A DNA stretch of 64,000 nt, from assembly GCA_049315385.1 (NCBI GenBank), contig JBMOKG010000005.1, positions 46,649-110,648 on the forward strand, in the 5' to 3' direction. The DNA is from Bacteroidales bacterium (lineage in GTDB: Bacteria > Bacteroidota > Bacteroidia > Bacteroidales > JACABE01). Position 1 is the stretch's first letter; every line of letters starts with the position of its first letter. Made by a program: the position numbers and the translations under genes. The notes beneath the pieces were generated by a model. It saw nothing but the letters and a program-made list of their open reading frames with translations, ran no database searches and was not told the DNA's origin. Shown piece after piece: positions 61,864-64,000 of the stretch.

Positions 61864-61918
61864 TGTTATTATTTTAAGGAGTTTTTACACAAACATTTAA
61901 ACATTTAAACATTTTAAA

Positions 61919-63256
61919 ATGAACTTAGAGAAAATAATGAACGATCTGGAAAAAAAACATCCAGGTGAAGTAGAGTATCTACAAGCAGTTCGCGAAGTTT
62001 TAGAATCATTAGAAGAAGTGGTAAACGAAAATCCACAATTTGAAGCAGCTGGTATTATCGACAGATTAGTTGAACCAGACAGACTTTTAGCATTCAAGGT
62101 GCCATGGGTTGATGATAATGGTAAAGTGCAAGTTAACTTAGGTTATAGAGTACAATTCAACAATGCAATTGGACCTTACAAAGGTGGTTTACGTTTCCAC
62201 CCAAGTGTTAACTTAAGTATTTTGAAATTCTTAGGTTTTGAACAAATTTTCAAAAATAGTTTGACTACATTACCAATGGGTGGTGGAAAAGGTGGATCTA
62301 ATTTTGATCCTAAAGGAAAATCAAACAATGAAGTAATGCGTTTTTGTCAATCATTCATGTTAGAATTATGGAGAATGATTGGTCCTGAAACTGATGTTCC
62401 TGCTGGCGATATTGGAGTTGGTGGACGTGAAATAGGTTTCATGTATGGAATGTATAAAAAATTAACGATGGAACATGTTGGTGTTCTAACAGGTAAAGGA
62501 ATTAACTGGGGTGGTAGTTTGGTTCGTCCAGAAGCTACAGGTTTTGGTGCTGTATATTTCGCAAAAGAAATGTTAGCTACAAAAGGTGAATCTTTCAAAG
62601 GCAAAACTGTTTGTTTATCAGGATTTGGTAATGTTTGCTGGGGAGCAGCAATTAAAGTTACTGAATTAGGTGGAAAAGTAGTTACAATTTCTGGTCCTGA
62701 CGGATATATCTATGATCCAGATGGTATTTCAGGTGAAAAAATTGATTATTTATTAGAGTTAAGAGCTTCAAATCAAGATATTGTAAAACCATATTCATAT
62801 GAATTCCCTAATGCTCAATTTCATCAAGGAAAACGTCCATGGGAAGTAAAATGTGATGTAGCTTTACCTTGTGCAACTCAAAATGAAGTAAGCAAAGAAG
62901 ATGCAATGAATCTTGTTAAAAACGGTTGTATTTGTGTAGCTGAAGGTGCAAATATGCCTTCAACTCCAGAAGCAGTTGAGATTTTCTTGGAAAATAAAAT
63001 TTTATTTGGACCTGGTAAAGCTGTAAATGCTGGTGGTGTTGCAACTTCAGGACTTGAAATGTCTCAAAATTCTTTAAAATATAATTGGTCAGCACAGGAA
63101 GTTGATGAAAAATTACATAGCATTATGGTTAATATCCATGCAGCATGTGTAAAACATGGTAAACAAGCTGATGGTTTTGTAAATTATGTAAAAGGTGCAA
63201 ATATTGCTGGTTTCTTAAAAGTTGCCAATGCTATGTTAGATCAAGGTATCTTATAA
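61919..63256 (+). CDS. gdhB: Glutamate dehydrogenase, NAD(H)-type signature
   Basis: Same GDH core motifs; SGFGNVCWG and ISGPDG match the Phe/Pro/Asp determinants of Clostridium symbiosum NAD-GDH. Confidence 0.93.
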   Translation: MNLEKIMNDLEKKHPGEVEYLQAVREVLESLEEVVNENPQFEAAGIIDRLVEPDRLLAFKVPWVDDNGKVQVNLGYRVQFNNAIGPYKGGLRFHPSVNLSILKFLGFEQIFKNSLTTLPMGGGKGGSNFDPKGKSNNEVMRFCQSFMLELWRMIGPETDVPAGDIGVGGREIGFMYGMYKKLTMEHVGVLTGKGINWGGSLVRPEATGFGAVYFAKEMLATKGESFKGKTVCLSGFGNVCWGAAIKVTELGGKVVTISGPDGYIYDPDGISGEKIDYLLELRASNQDIVKPYSYEFPNAQFHQGKRPWEVKCDVALPCATQNEVSKEDAMNLVKNGCICVAEGANMPSTPEAVEIFLENKILFGPGKAVNAGGVATSGLEMSQNSLKYNWSAQEVDEKLHSIMVNIHAACVKHGKQADGFVNYVKGANIAGFLKVANAMLDQGIL

Positions 63257-63277
63257 TATTTTTTATTAAGTTTTATT

Positions 63278-63309
63278 AAAAGCTGCCTTTTTTTGGCAGC
63301 TTTTTTTTT
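63278..63309 (+). terminator. Intrinsic terminator after gdhB
   Basis: AAAAGCTGCC-T7-GGCAGC followed by T9. Confidence 0.85.
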
Positions 63310-63395
63310 GATTAAATGAAAATCATAAAAAATGATGTATATTTGCATTGTAGCAAAAAGTGATAACTAAATAATGCTGCAAATGATATAAATAT

Positions 63396-63965
63396 ATGAT
63401 TAAAAGTTTTTTAAATGCAAAACATTGGCAATTATTCCTGTTAATTTTTGGAATTCCAATGATATTTCAATTTGTAATGATGACGTTAACAATAAGTAAT
63501 TTTGCATCAGAAACTAACTCTGACCCGTCTATGATTTTTGATTATATGAAGTTTTTTCCTATTATTATGATTCTTTTTATGGGTGTTCTATTTGGTTGGA
63601 TTTGGTCTGTTGCAATCGGGCTTCAGAATAGAATACCAGAAAATATAAAAATGAATGTCCGTAAATTTAAGTTTTTCTTTTTTACACCACTTATCTATAT
63701 TTCTTTTTTTCTTGGATTTTTTATTGTTATTTTTACTATGAGTAGCTTTAATCCAGCTTTATTTGTTATAATAATTCCTCTTCATTTGTTTTCTGTATTT
63801 TGTATGTTCTATTGTTTGTTTTTTGTGTCTAAAACTATTAAAACAGTTGAATTCCAGCGAGAAGTTACTTTTAGCGATTTTATAGGTGAATTTTTTATGA
63901 TATGGTTTTACCCAATTGGAATTTGGATTATTCAACCCAAAATAAATAAAATGGTAAATATATAA
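63396..63965 (+). CDS. Hypothetical membrane protein (4-5 TM)
   Basis: Hydrophobic 189-aa ORF, AKHWQLF and WFYPIGIWIIQPKIN motifs; TATATTTG box at 63338-63345. Confidence 0.7.
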   Translation: MIKSFLNAKHWQLFLLIFGIPMIFQFVMMTLTISNFASETNSDPSMIFDYMKFFPIIMILFMGVLFGWIWSVAIGLQNRIPENIKMNVRKFKFFFFTPLIYISFFLGFFIVIFTMSSFNPALFVIIIPLHLFSVFCMFYCLFFVSKTIKTVEFQREVTFSDFIGEFFMIWFYPIGIWIIQPKINKMVNI

Positions 63966-64000
63966 GGAGTTGTCAAATTATATCTGCATTTTAAATTGCA

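Noticed and set aside
61891-61915. AAACATTT x3 direct repeat before the gdhB start
   Set aside because: Short low-complexity A/T-rich leader typical of highly expressed Bacteroidota genes; not a CRISPR or iteron array

Overview
Very AT-rich (by eye roughly 30% GC or below, not computed) chromosomal window from an anaerobic Bacteroidota (Bacteroidales-like) bacterium. Supporting signs: TAnnTTTG -7 promoter boxes, a T9SS cargo protein, gldF/gldG and TonB-type receptors. I found no rRNA, tRNA, CRISPR array, transposase or prophage. Layout: (1) 1-13.4 kb: an Fe-alcohol dehydrogenase, then two tandem multimeric [FeFe]-hydrogenase operons on the minus strand. One has an electron-bifurcating-type HydB and a six-gene kinase/phosphatase/HydS-like regulatory module; the other has a short non-bifurcating-type HydB. 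(2) 13.7-27.6 kb: thioredoxin, truA, a T9SS papain-like protease with an algI/algJ-like pair, an OM beta-barrel and a GH29 fucosidase. (3) 27.9-31.6 kb: a PLP enzyme / CDP-alcohol phosphotransferase / cytidylyltransferase / LysE cluster, a candidate lipid head-group pathway. (4) 31.8-52.9 kb: mostly housekeeping (clpS, plsY, phoH, gldFG, dnaN, an orphan ygeW, yggS, ispE). (5) 53-63.3 kb: NADP-type and NAD-type glutamate dehydrogenases flanking two paralogous receiver + ATP-grasp + putative phosphohistidine 'dikinase-like' proteins that lack any pyruvate-binding barrel. This is the best candidate for an undescribed signalling or enzyme-modification system. An 18-bp Rex-like palindrome recurs at both hydrogenase promoters and both gdh promoters, and a second 15-bp palindrome occurs four times around the dikinase-like pair. 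All family assignments are from motif recognition by eye; no searches were run.
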